Below are positions 20,550-29,445 of a stretch of 64,000 nt of DNA, piece after piece. The DNA comes from an uncultured Gemmatimonadales bacterium (GTDB lineage Bacteria > Gemmatimonadota > Gemmatimonadetes > Gemmatimonadales > Gemmatimonadaceae): assembly GCA_963850905.1 (NCBI GenBank), contig CAWKMU010000003.1, positions 256,001 to 320,000 on the forward strand. The letters run 5' to 3'. The position numbers and the translations under genes are program-made. The notes under the pieces are model-generated. The model made no database searches, had not been told where the DNA came from, and saw nothing but the letters and a program-made list of their open reading frames with translations. The stretch's first letter is position 1, and each line of letters begins with the position of its first letter.

Positions 20550-22988
20550 CTAGTCCTGCCGTAACGCTCTAACCGGATCGATGCGACTCGCCCACCGCGC
20601 TGGTAGGAAGCTCGCCGCCAGCGCCGCGGCGACGAGTAACGCGACCACCGGGACCACGGTTGCCAGCTCCATTGACTGCATGCCGACGACGACCTTGAGC
20701 AGCACGCGACCGGCAAGGAGGGCCGCGGCGAGGCCTAGTGCGGTGCCCATTGCAATCAGCCGCATGCTGTCCCGAAGAATGAAGCGGACCACACCGCCTG
20801 TCGTGGCGCCCAGCGCGAGCCGCACGCCGATCTCCTGAACGCGTTGCGTCGTGAGGTAGGAGAGGACACCGTAGATCCCCACGCAGGCGAGGAGCATCGC
20901 GACTGCAGCAAAGGTGCCGAACAACAGCATTAGGAAACGCTGTTGATCGAGCGAAGCGCGCACGACGTCATCCATCGTCTGGATGTCGTACATCGCCTGA
21001 TAGGATCCGGGACCGCCGAACGCCGACTGTAACGGACGGATAGCGGCCGCCGGTGCGGTTGTCGTGCGCACGGCGATCGATAGGAACGTGGAGTAGAGGT
21101 GCACGAGCGACGCCGGCACCTGGGCGAACGGATAATAGAGCTGATCGTGTACGGGCGACGCATTGTCGTTCGCCAGGCCCCAATGGCGCACATGCCCGAC
21201 GACGCCGACTACACGCGATGGGTCGCGACCCATTGCCGGCAGCCAGAGGCGCTGACCTACGGGATCCGTGTCCCCAAAGGCATGGCGCGCGAGATTGGCA
21301 TTGATGACCACCACCGGTTCGGTGCCGAGGCTGTCGGCATCCGTGAAGAACCGGCCCTTCAACAGCGGGATTCCCATGACCGCCCGATAGTCCGGCGTCA
21401 CACTCGACGCGAGCGCGTCTGGCTCCTGGTCCGGCGGCGGGGCCGTCGGCGTCGTCCAATACGACACCGTGTTCTCGCCTTCCCGCATGGGAATGATGTC
21501 CGCCAGAGCGACGCCGCGAACACCGGCCACGGCGCGCGCCCGCCCGACGACCTGACGCCACGCCGCGCGTATCTCTTGGGGATCGCCCAAGGCACTCGGC
21601 GCGAGCGCGAAGCGCGCGACCAGCACGTGGTGGGGATCGATCCCGGGATCGCGCGCCGATTGCGCGATCAACGTTCGGCCGAGCATGCCGGCCGACACCA
21701 GCAACACGATCGCCAGCGCCAACTCGGCCACCACGAACGCCCCGTGCATCCGCCGCGTGTTGGCCGTTGTCCCGCGCCCCGATGCGCGCAGCGTACGCCC
21801 GAGATCGCGGACGCTGGCGCGGAGCGCCGGCGCCAGCCCCGCCAAAATGCCCGTGGCCAGCGACACTGCGAGCGCGAACACTAGCGCGCGCCAGTCGAGT
21901 CGAATCTCTTGAGCTCGCGGCAGCCCGCCCGGCCACAGCGCGACGAAAGGCCGGACACCGGCCGCGGCCAGGATCGCGCCCATTGCGCCGCCAGCCACGC
22001 CGAGGACGGCGCTCTCGGTCATGCATTGTCGCGCGATGCGACCGCGGTTGGCGCCCAAAGCGGTGCGGAGCGCTAGCTCATGACCGCGGGCAACGGCGCG
22101 AGCCAAGAGCAGACTGGCGATGTTCACGCACGCGATGAGCAAGACGAGCGACACCGCGGCGAGCAGCAGCCACAGCGTCGAACCGATCTTTCCGACGACC
22201 TCGTCGCGCAGCGGGTGTGCAACTATACCAGCCCCTGCGTTCGTCGCGGGGTACTGCGCCGCCAACTGGCGACCGGTGAGCGCCAGCTCGGCTCTCGCCT
22301 GGGCCAGCGTGATGCCCGGTCGCAGTCGGCCGAGCGCGTGAATAAAGCGCGCGCCACGAATGTGCAGACGCGGATCGGTGGTCTGGCCGAGTGGCGTGAA
22401 GACGTCCGCTTGTCCCGTAAGCTCGAACGCAGCGGGCAGCACGCCGATCACGACATAGGTGACACCGTCATAGCTGAGGGAGCCGCCGATTGCCGAACGA
22501 CTCCCGCCGAAATGCCGGTGCCACAGCACATCGCTGATAATGGCGACGGGTGTTGCGCCGGGGCGATCGTCGTCGCCGCGGAATGCGCGTCCCTGCTCGG
22601 GCTGAAGGCCAAGGACCGGGAGGAGGTTCGCCGACAGCAGGCGGCCCGATACGTATTCGGCCGGCCCGCTGCCGGTGATCGTACCGCCGCCGTAGGTCCA
22701 CGCAGCTATATCGAGCGTGCGACTCATTCGGGTCAGGTCCTGGATGTCGGGATACGAATATCCCCACACCTCGCCGACGTCCTGTGTAGAGGTCCGGAGC
22801 GCCACGAGGCGATCTGACGCCGGGAACGGCAGCCGTCGCAAAAGAACGCCGTCGACGATAGTGAACATGACGGTGGCGGCGCTGATGCCGAGCGCCAAAA
22901 TGAGCAGCGCCACCGCCGCGAATCCCGGCCGCTGCCTCAGGGCGCGGAGCGCGTGCCGGATGTCTTGCGCGATGTCATCGAGTAGCAT
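20550..22988 (-). CDS. Duplicated MacB/FtsX-type ABC permease (ADOP-like)
   Basis: QDIRHALRAL, LALGI, LLIACVNIASLLLAR, EIGVRLALGA and ASRIDPVRALR motifs; two repeated halves. Confidence 0.92.
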   Translation of the reverse strand: MLLDDIAQDIRHALRALRQRPGFAAVALLILALGISAATVMFTIVDGVLLRRLPFPASDRLVALRTSTQDVGEVWGYSYPDIQDLTRMSRTLDIAAWTYGGGTITGSGPAEYVSGRLLSANLLPVLGLQPEQGRAFRGDDDRPGATPVAIISDVLWHRHFGGSRSAIGGSLSYDGVTYVVIGVLPAAFELTGQADVFTPLGQTTDPRLHIRGARFIHALGRLRPGITLAQARAELALTGRQLAAQYPATNAGAGIVAHPLRDEVVGKIGSTLWLLLAAVSLVLLIACVNIASLLLARAVARGHELALRTALGANRGRIARQCMTESAVLGVAGGAMGAILAAAGVRPFVALWPGGLPRAQEIRLDWRALVFALAVSLATGILAGLAPALRASVRDLGRTLRASGRGTTANTRRMHGAFVVAELALAIVLLVSAGMLGRTLIAQSARDPGIDPHHVLVARFALAPSALGDPQEIRAAWRQVVGRARAVAGVRGVALADIIPMREGENTVSYWTTPTAPPPDQEPDALASSVTPDYRAVMGIPLLKGRFFTDADSLGTEPVVVINANLARHAFGDTDPVGQRLWLPAMGRDPSRVVGVVGHVRHWGLANDNASPVHDQLYYPFAQVPASLVHLYSTFLSIAVRTTTAPAAAIRPLQSAFGGPGSYQAMYDIQTMDDVVRASLDQQRFLMLLFGTFAAVAMLLACVGIYGVLSYLTTQRVQEIGVRLALGATTGGVVRFILRDSMRLIAMGTALGLAAALLAGRVLLKVVVGMQSMELATVVPVVALLVAAALAASFLPARWASRIDPVRALRQD

Positions 22989-23338
22989 GATGAGCCCCCG
23001 TTTGCCAAAACCGGGCCAACCTTGCTCACCAGGTAACGCGTTGATCGGCCAGGTGTTGCGCGTGGGACCCCTCGGACCGCGTGTCCGTTTGCGGTCGGCG
23101 GCGTCCCGGAACCGCGCATCGGGCGCGCACCGTCTGCCGCCCGAGGGCGCTCGTGTCGTGTATCAAAGGGACACCGGCCTTTCAGAGCACCTCATCCAGA
23201 CGATCGGCGTCATGAAGCAGAGCAATCAGTTTGCAATACCCAAGGGGTGCTCAAAGCGGTCGAAAACGCCGCCTAGGCGCACACTCTGGACACGCCCCAA
23301 TCGCAAGCGGCCGGCGAAGCAACAACTCAGGCCGATGC

Positions 23339-23480
23339 TCAGACTTCCTAGTTCGACGTCAGGCCAGCACCCGAAGTCGGCGAAGTTCGCCGCTTCATAG
23401 TGAGCAATCGCCGACTCCAGCCGACTTTTGTCGCGAAATCACCGACTACCGCCGGTCTTGGGACACACTTTGGACACACC
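23339..23480. mobile_element. att-like site, copy B (core plus arm)
   Basis: 14/15 match to the GNAT 3'-end core; minus strand reads S-N-stop-E-V-stop; arm has GCCGAC repeats and GGACACACTTTGGACACACC. Confidence 0.8.
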
Positions 23481-23585
23481 CTAACCTGGGCGGTTGTGAC
23501 TGCTCCTGTCCTGCGGATTGCGCACCGCCCGATGCCGCCCGATGTCGCGTCAGATTGTCCCCCGAATGGTGACCGGACGGCGTTG

Positions 23586-25103
23586 CTACACCCCTGCGGG
23601 CATCAGCTTTTCAACGACCTCGTCGATGCTGAAGCTGGCCGGCCGTTGTCGGATCGGGAACTCCTTCAGAGATTCCAGCCACTTGCTGACAAGGACTTGG
23701 GCCGGAACCATGAGGAAGCTGCGGTCGGCGAACCACTTGTCATAGAATAGCGTGCTGTCCTCGCCGGCTTCGAACGGATCGGACCGCAGATTGAAGATCT
23801 TGGGGATTCGCATCTGTGAGAACGGCTCACGCCAGACCGAAAGTCCTCGGGCGCGCTGCTCAGAGAAAACGACCTTCCAATCCCGCGCACGCACTGCGAG
23901 CAAGTCCCCGTCGTCGCTCCAGTAGAGGAATCCCTCGCGGGGCGATGTCTTCTCGTCGCCTTTGAGGAACGGCACGAGGTTGTAGCCATCGAGGTGCACT
24001 TTGAACGTCCTGCCGTCGGCGGCGTAGCCTTTCTTGACCTTCTCCACGAGCTCGGGCTCGCCGGCCGCCGCTGCGAAGGTCGGGATCATATCCTGCAGCG
24101 AACAGATATCGTTGATCACCCGTCCTGGCTCGATCATGCCCGGCCAGCGCATCACGCAGGGGATGCGCCAGCCACCGTCCCCCTGAGTGTCCTTTTCGCC
24201 GCGGAAGGGCGACGCGCCCCCGTCAGGCCAGGACATCTTTTCCGCGCCGTTGTCAGTGGTGAACACGACGATCGTATTGTCGGCGACGCCAAGATCATCG
24301 AGCGTCTTGAGCAACTGTCCGACGTAACCGTCCAGCTCCACCATGCCGTCGGGGTACAGGCCTAGGCCGGTCTTTCCCACCGACGCCGGCTTGAGATGAG
24401 TAAACACGTGCATGCGGGTCGGATTGAAATAACAGAACCAGGGCCTGCCCTCCTTGGTCTTGCGACCCATGAAGTCCACAGCAGCCGCGAGGAATTCCTC
24501 GTCGACGGTTTCCATCCGCTTTGTGTTCAGCGGTCCGGTGTTCTCGATTACTTGCTTGCCTACTTTACCGAACTGCGGATCGACGGTGGGGTCATCCCTG
24601 TCTGTCGCCTTACACCGCAATACTCCACGAGGGCCAAATCGCTTCCGGAAGGCAGGATCCTTGGGATAGTCTGGATTCTCGGGTTCTTGTTCGGCGTTCA
24701 AGTGATACAGGTTGCCGAAGAACTCATCGAAGCCATGCACGGTCGGCAGGAACTCGTTGCGGTCACCCAAGTGGTTCTTGCCGAACTGACCTGTCGCGTA
24801 GCCGAGCTGCCTCATGAACTGGGCGACGGTGGGATCGTCCGCGCTCAACCCGACAGTCGCTCCGGGAAGACCCACTTTCGTGAGTCCCGTGCGGATTGGC
24901 GATTGTCCGGTGATGAACGCGGCGCGGCCCGCTGTGCAGCTCTGCTGGCCGTAGAAGTCCGTGAACAGCGCCCCTTCCTTCGCGATCCGATCGATGTTCG
25001 GCGTTCGATACCCCATGATCCCGAGATTGTAGGCGCTGACGTTGAACCAGCCAATGTCGTCAGCCATGATGAACAGGACGTTCGGCTTTTTCTGGGCCGC
25101 CAC
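23586..25103 (-). CDS. Arylsulfatase (Cys-type, no signal peptide)
   Basis: KPNVLFIMADD, SCTAGRAAFITG, GKNHLG, TTDNG and LRSDPFE motifs. Confidence 0.95.
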   Translation of the reverse strand: MAAQKKPNVLFIMADDIGWFNVSAYNLGIMGYRTPNIDRIAKEGALFTDFYGQQSCTAGRAAFITGQSPIRTGLTKVGLPGATVGLSADDPTVAQFMRQLGYATGQFGKNHLGDRNEFLPTVHGFDEFFGNLYHLNAEQEPENPDYPKDPAFRKRFGPRGVLRCKATDRDDPTVDPQFGKVGKQVIENTGPLNTKRMETVDEEFLAAAVDFMGRKTKEGRPWFCYFNPTRMHVFTHLKPASVGKTGLGLYPDGMVELDGYVGQLLKTLDDLGVADNTIVVFTTDNGAEKMSWPDGGASPFRGEKDTQGDGGWRIPCVMRWPGMIEPGRVINDICSLQDMIPTFAAAAGEPELVEKVKKGYAADGRTFKVHLDGYNLVPFLKGDEKTSPREGFLYWSDDGDLLAVRARDWKVVFSEQRARGLSVWREPFSQMRIPKIFNLRSDPFEAGEDSTLFYDKWFADRSFLMVPAQVLVSKWLESLKEFPIRQRPASFSIDEVVEKLMPAGV

Positions 25104-25429
25104 GGTATCCCCCTGAGTGAATTAGACCGCACTCAGACGATACGGCGACCGTGCGCGTACTCAATTGGACCAATGTCTACATATGGCAGACCCCTGCTTG
25201 GGAACCGCAGGCGCGGCCCTTGGTGGCCGCCGCGCGCACCGAGCGTCGAGCGCACCACGCGCGCGTTCATCAGCGATGGCAAGGGGCTAATGGCTGAACA
25301 TCTTAGCCTTAGTCCTATGCGTCGACGACCACAGGACCAGCATCGGCCAATCGCCCGCGCCACCAGCGTCGTTGGTTATGTGGTCCACGTCATCGCTGCC
25401 AACGGCCGAGACTGAGCCGAGCTCGTTTT

Positions 25430-25573
25430 TCAAACTTCCCAGTTCGACGTGTCGCCGGATTGCAAAGTCGGCGATGTTCGCCGCTTTCATAGTGAGCAAT
25501 CGCCGACACCAGCCGACTATTTTCGCGAAATCGCCGACTATCGCCGATGTCCGGGACACACTTTGGACACACC
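25430..25573. mobile_element. att-like site, copy C (core plus arm)
   Basis: 15/15 match ACTTCCCAGTTCGAC to 28364-28378; minus strand reads SNWEV-stop; arm aligns with 23358-23480. Confidence 0.85.
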
Positions 25574-25736
25574 ACGATGTAGCGAGCTACCCGTGGTGAC
25601 GAATCGTGGTGTCGCTCGCGAGGCAAGAGCGCTTCCAGCGGGCCGCATCGATGGCGGGTGAGCTCGCGCCACAACTCGCCCGATTTCGCCACCGCGACGG
25701 ACGGCCAGCATTATGCGCGGATGGCGCAGGCGGCAG

Positions 25737-26180
25737 CTATGGTCGGGCCGTTACTTCCGGGCGGTCCGATTGAGCAGTGACCCGTTGCCGCAAGCGCCCT
25801 GCATTGGCCATTGCCGGTCCCACGATGGGCTTCCCGGCACGGTATAGGCCGATGCGCGCAACCCAGAATAGCACGGTGCCAACGACAATCAGCGCGGCTG
25901 CGATGAGGCCGAGGGGACCTAATCCTGTGAGCTCCTGCTGCAGCGTGCCCTCGCGTGGACCGTTTACGGCTGCGATGGCGAGCTGAATCGCGAGGATGGT
26001 CCCGAAAACCCACTCCCGCCACCACTTCGCAACGTGGTGTGAAAAACGCGGATGCCGATCGGCCCAGGCGTCAAATGTAAAACCTACTCTACGGAGCCCG
26101 ATACCTAGGACGCCCAGCCCAACGATCCCAAGCCAAGCCAGGAAGATGACTGATCCAAGCCACAGGACGAGATGAGTCAT
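25737..26180 (-). CDS. Hypothetical membrane protein
   Basis: Three hydrophobic segments; GAGG upstream of the ATG. Confidence 0.55.
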   Translation of the reverse strand: MTHLVLWLGSVIFLAWLGIVGLGVLGIGLRRVGFTFDAWADRHPRFSHHVAKWWREWVFGTILAIQLAIAAVNGPREGTLQQELTGLGPLGLIAAALIVVGTVLFWVARIGLYRAGKPIVGPAMANAGRLRQRVTAQSDRPEVTARP

Positions 26181-26285
26181 GCGATCCTCGAGTAGTGCTG
26201 CTTACGCGGTGCGGGCGCGTCGACATCCGCCCAAGTCACACCCCGTTGAGACGTAATCGCCACACTTTGCTTGTCGGCTTGGACA

Positions 26286-26996
26286 TCACGCCTGCCCGGA
26301 TTTCGGGTACGAGACCACGGACCGTCGCGAACGCGTGCCCATGATCAGGTCCCAGAGTGGTGACGTCACGCCATAGTCACGATCGGGATCGGTAAAGTGG
26401 TGTCGGTAATGGCGCCACTTGGTGTATCGGCCGAGCGCCGTGCGCATGCGTCGATGATGCACCGCATAGTGCACAGTGTCGTACACGAGATAGCCACCAA
26501 CGAATCCGGCAAACACCGACCCCCACAGATGCGTGCCGACGACGGCGCGAAACAGCAGGGCGAATAGGAACGCGAGTGGGACGCTCGCCCCGGGCGGTAT
26601 GACTAACCGCGATGAATCGCTCGGATACTCGTGATGCACACCATGCATGATGAAATACACGATGTGGCGCCACCCTGGCAGGTTGGGAATGGCAGCCTCG
26701 CCAGGCATGAGTCGGCCGACAACATCATGCGTTTCGCTCATGATGGCGTCAGGGGCGTGGAACAGATGCCTGTGCAGCACATATTCGACGGCGGTCCACA
26801 AGAGCAGTCCCGCCCCCACCAGCCCCGCGTCCAAGAGGGGCGGCGTCGGTGACCACCACAGCAGACCGGCAATCACAGGCACATAAATGAGATGCGGAAT
26901 CGCGGGGTGCACCCGGGTCATCCGTTCCAGCCAGTCCTGACGAAACATCCGAACCGACTCGTCCCGCGCAGAGACGAAATGTGGATTCACAGTCAT
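26286..26996 (-). CDS. Fatty acid hydroxylase/sterol desaturase family protein (FA2H-like)
   Basis: His boxes EYVLHRHLFH, HGVHH, YDTVHYAVHH and HYRHH; YGVTSPLWD. Confidence 0.92.
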   Translation of the reverse strand: MTVNPHFVSARDESVRMFRQDWLERMTRVHPAIPHLIYVPVIAGLLWWSPTPPLLDAGLVGAGLLLWTAVEYVLHRHLFHAPDAIMSETHDVVGRLMPGEAAIPNLPGWRHIVYFIMHGVHHEYPSDSSRLVIPPGASVPLAFLFALLFRAVVGTHLWGSVFAGFVGGYLVYDTVHYAVHHRRMRTALGRYTKWRHYRHHFTDPDRDYGVTSPLWDLIMGTRSRRSVVSYPKSGQA

Positions 26997-27029
26997 GCGC
27001 CTCACCTCACGCGAACGGGTTGTCCCATA

Positions 27030-27164
27030 TCAGCCTTCCCCCGGCATTGCGGTTGCGACGAGCACCGCGGTCACAATTAAGACGGTAGTTGCGAGCACGA
27101 GTTCCAGCGCAGCACTCCGATACGTCAACAGGGTGCGTGCCAACGGGTGCCTCCCCGAACGCAT
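27030..27164 (-). pseudogene. Probable CopD C-terminal relic (44-aa ORF)
   Basis: Directly downstream of copC; ends RSAALELVLATTVLIVTAVLVATAMPGEG-stop, resembling the last TM helix of CopD. Confidence 0.55.
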
Positions 27165-27173
27165 GACGAGCTG

Positions 27174-27611
27174 TTACCGGCCGCCTGCAACGACAAAGGC
27201 GATGGCGCCCGACGCAGGGTGACCATCCGTCGCGGCCGTTTTCCATGCGATCGTGTAGGTGCCGGGCACCACGTGTCCTGTAACGTCCGCCACGATGGGC
27301 GAGTGTGGCGCGCCGTCGCGGTGCACGGCGGACACCGTTATCGGCATTGTGCTGGCCCCCATGGACATGCTCAGCCCAACGGAGGTGATCGCGAGCTCCG
27401 GGTCTTCACTAAACCACAGCTTGATCGCCGCGGGCGGCGCACGCAGCGTGTCATTGTTAGCCGGTTCGGACTTGACGAGGTGCACGTGCCACAGGCCAGC
27501 GGGCGGAACCCCGGCCGTCGCTTGGTGACGGGTAGTGGCGGCGGCGAACACCGTGACAAGCGCCAGGATACCGGCAGCGCGCACAGTCGACGGAATCGGA
27601 TGAGCGAACAT
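27174..27611 (-). CDS. copC: Copper-binding periplasmic protein CopC
   Basis: HVHLVKSEP...PAAIKLWFSE...GTYTIAWK...DGH. Confidence 0.88.
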   Translation of the reverse strand: MFAHPIPSTVRAAGILALVTVFAAATTRHQATAGVPPAGLWHVHLVKSEPANNDTLRAPPAAIKLWFSEDPELAITSVGLSMSMGASTMPITVSAVHRDGAPHSPIVADVTGHVVPGTYTIAWKTAATDGHPASGAIAFVVAGGR

Positions 27612-27825
27612 GAAAATTCCCGGCCAGATGATGGCCAACGAGGCGTTGATTACGAGCGCACGCGCCGACAGCTTGCCATGGGACGCGACAACGCGTCACG
27701 CGCAAAGCGCGTACGGATAGGTGGACGACGAGAACCCGAGACTTGCCGGTTTGAACCGCGCCCCGGTACTTCGGCCCGGCGGGCGCGTTTGCGCACCTCG
27801 CCGGAGAACCCCTATTGGTCGGGGG

Positions 27826-28248
27826 TTAGGCCCAAAGCACAGGAGGGCCGACGGGCGGCGGAAGGACGACCTGTGGCGCGGCAGGTCGAGCAGCATCTCG
27901 CACCGGTGTCGCCACGCTCGTGACGACGCGGGCCGGCACGACAGGAATGGCGACAAGCCTGCCGGCGGCCAGCGTGACCGTCGCCGGCGTGCAGCAGGTG
28001 CCATCACATCCGCTGTGCTGGCGGTGCCTCGTGGGTGCCGACCCGTCGGGCGCAACTGGTGACGGATGCCCCGCAACCGCTTGGCATTGCGCCGACCCGT
28101 CGTGCCCCATCGGCGCCATGCCCGGCATCCCAGCCATCGTCGCGCCGCCGCCTTCGGCCATTGGCATCGACGCGACGCCTGGAAGGGCGACGGCGAACCA
28201 CAGCCAGATCACGCCAGCAAATAGGCGCTGCGGCCAGGAGCGGCGCAT
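27826..28248 (-). CDS. Met/His/Cys-rich exported ORF upstream of copC (DUF2946-like leader)
   Basis: Hydrophobic N-terminus, MAGMPGM, HRQHSGCDGTCC, C-terminal LPPPVGPP. Confidence 0.6.
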   Translation of the reverse strand: MRRSWPQRLFAGVIWLWFAVALPGVASMPMAEGGGATMAGMPGMAPMGHDGSAQCQAVAGHPSPVAPDGSAPTRHRQHSGCDGTCCTPATVTLAAGRLVAIPVVPARVVTSVATPVRDAARPAAPQVVLPPPVGPPVLWA

Positions 28249-28359
28249 ACGCGCAATATACACAAGTCCGAGGCGCGGGCCACAGGGCCGACGCGTGCGA
28301 CCTTGTAGCACTCCCTGGGCCTCGCGCGCTGACATCCACTCAACGACCTATTCTGCTTT

Positions 28360-29338
28360 CTACACTTCCCAGTTCGACCACACAATCCCGTGGTCCGCGC
28401 GGCGCTCCGGTGCGGTCGCGAGCGTCATGCGGAGATCGCTCCACCGCACGCGCGCTCCAAGGGCGATGAGCCGCGTCATAGGCCGTCGTGTACTCGCTCT
28501 GCACACGAAGCGCGACGCGGCGGGCTCCGCATCGGCGCGCATAGTCGGCCAGCGCACGGACCATGGGGTCCAGATCGACCTCGCGCGCGAGCGCGAGCTT
28601 GAGCACACGCAGCTCCTCACGGGCGCGTCCTTCGACGAGCGGCGCCGTGTGGCACAGCGCAAAGCCCGTGAGCTCGTCGCCGGAGTATTGTAAGACGGTA
28701 TCGCCCAGCGCCAGCTCGTCGGTCAACACGATCTCGCGCGTGAAGTCGTACCCGGGCATGAGCCGATGCACCAGCACGCGACTCGCCGCCACCACGTCGT
28801 CCCGATCGCTCTGCGGCAACCGCCCCAATAGCGGCGCCGCACGTTCGCCCGGCGCAGCATCGAAGGTCAGTGTCAACGTCAACCGGCCGGGCACGAGCCC
28901 GAGCGCCGAGTAGAACCCGATGTTGTCCATCGTCCTCGGCATCGTCTCGAGGCCGATCACCTGCGCCTCTCCTCGTCGCAACCACTCGATACCGGCGCGC
29001 ACGACCTCCTTGCCGATCCCGCCACCCTGCGCGTCAGGGCGGACCGCGAGGGGACCCATCCAGCCCTCGGTGCCCGATCGATGCGTCATGTTGAACGCGG
29101 CGATCTCGTCGCGCTCGCCCCGCCAGCACATCGCGCCCTCACCAGCGTCGTCGAGCGCGTAGCGCCAGATCGCCGGATTGAGGAACGGCACGCGCACGCC
29201 CATCATGCCATCGCGGCGATACCGCTCGGTAAACGCGTCGCTGAAGACCTGGTTGAGCGCCGGGATGTCATCGCGCCCGGCCTGATACGGCCCGTCGAGA
29301 TGTCGCACGGTCTTCCAGCTTCGCGCAATCGCCATCAC
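28360..29338 (-). CDS. GNAT-family N-acetyltransferase (frameshift near 28475); its 3' end carries the att core
   Basis: MGPLAVRPDAQGGGIGK acetyl-CoA motif and NIGFYSALG; C-terminus ARVRWSDLRM...WSNWEV-stop in the 28360 frame. Confidence 0.85.
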
Positions 29339-29445
29339 CGACTCCCTAGCCGCACGCGTGGACCGTCGCCGTACGCGCGGTCAGTCGTTGCCGTCGTCGT
29401 TCCGAGACCCCTAAACCCCAGACCCCAAACCCGCAGTTACGTCCC

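Noticed and set aside
11605..25573. Integron attC sites as the explanation for the ~140-bp repeats
   Set aside because: They lack RYYYAAC...GTTRRRY ends and overall palindromy, and instead share a core with the GNAT 3' end
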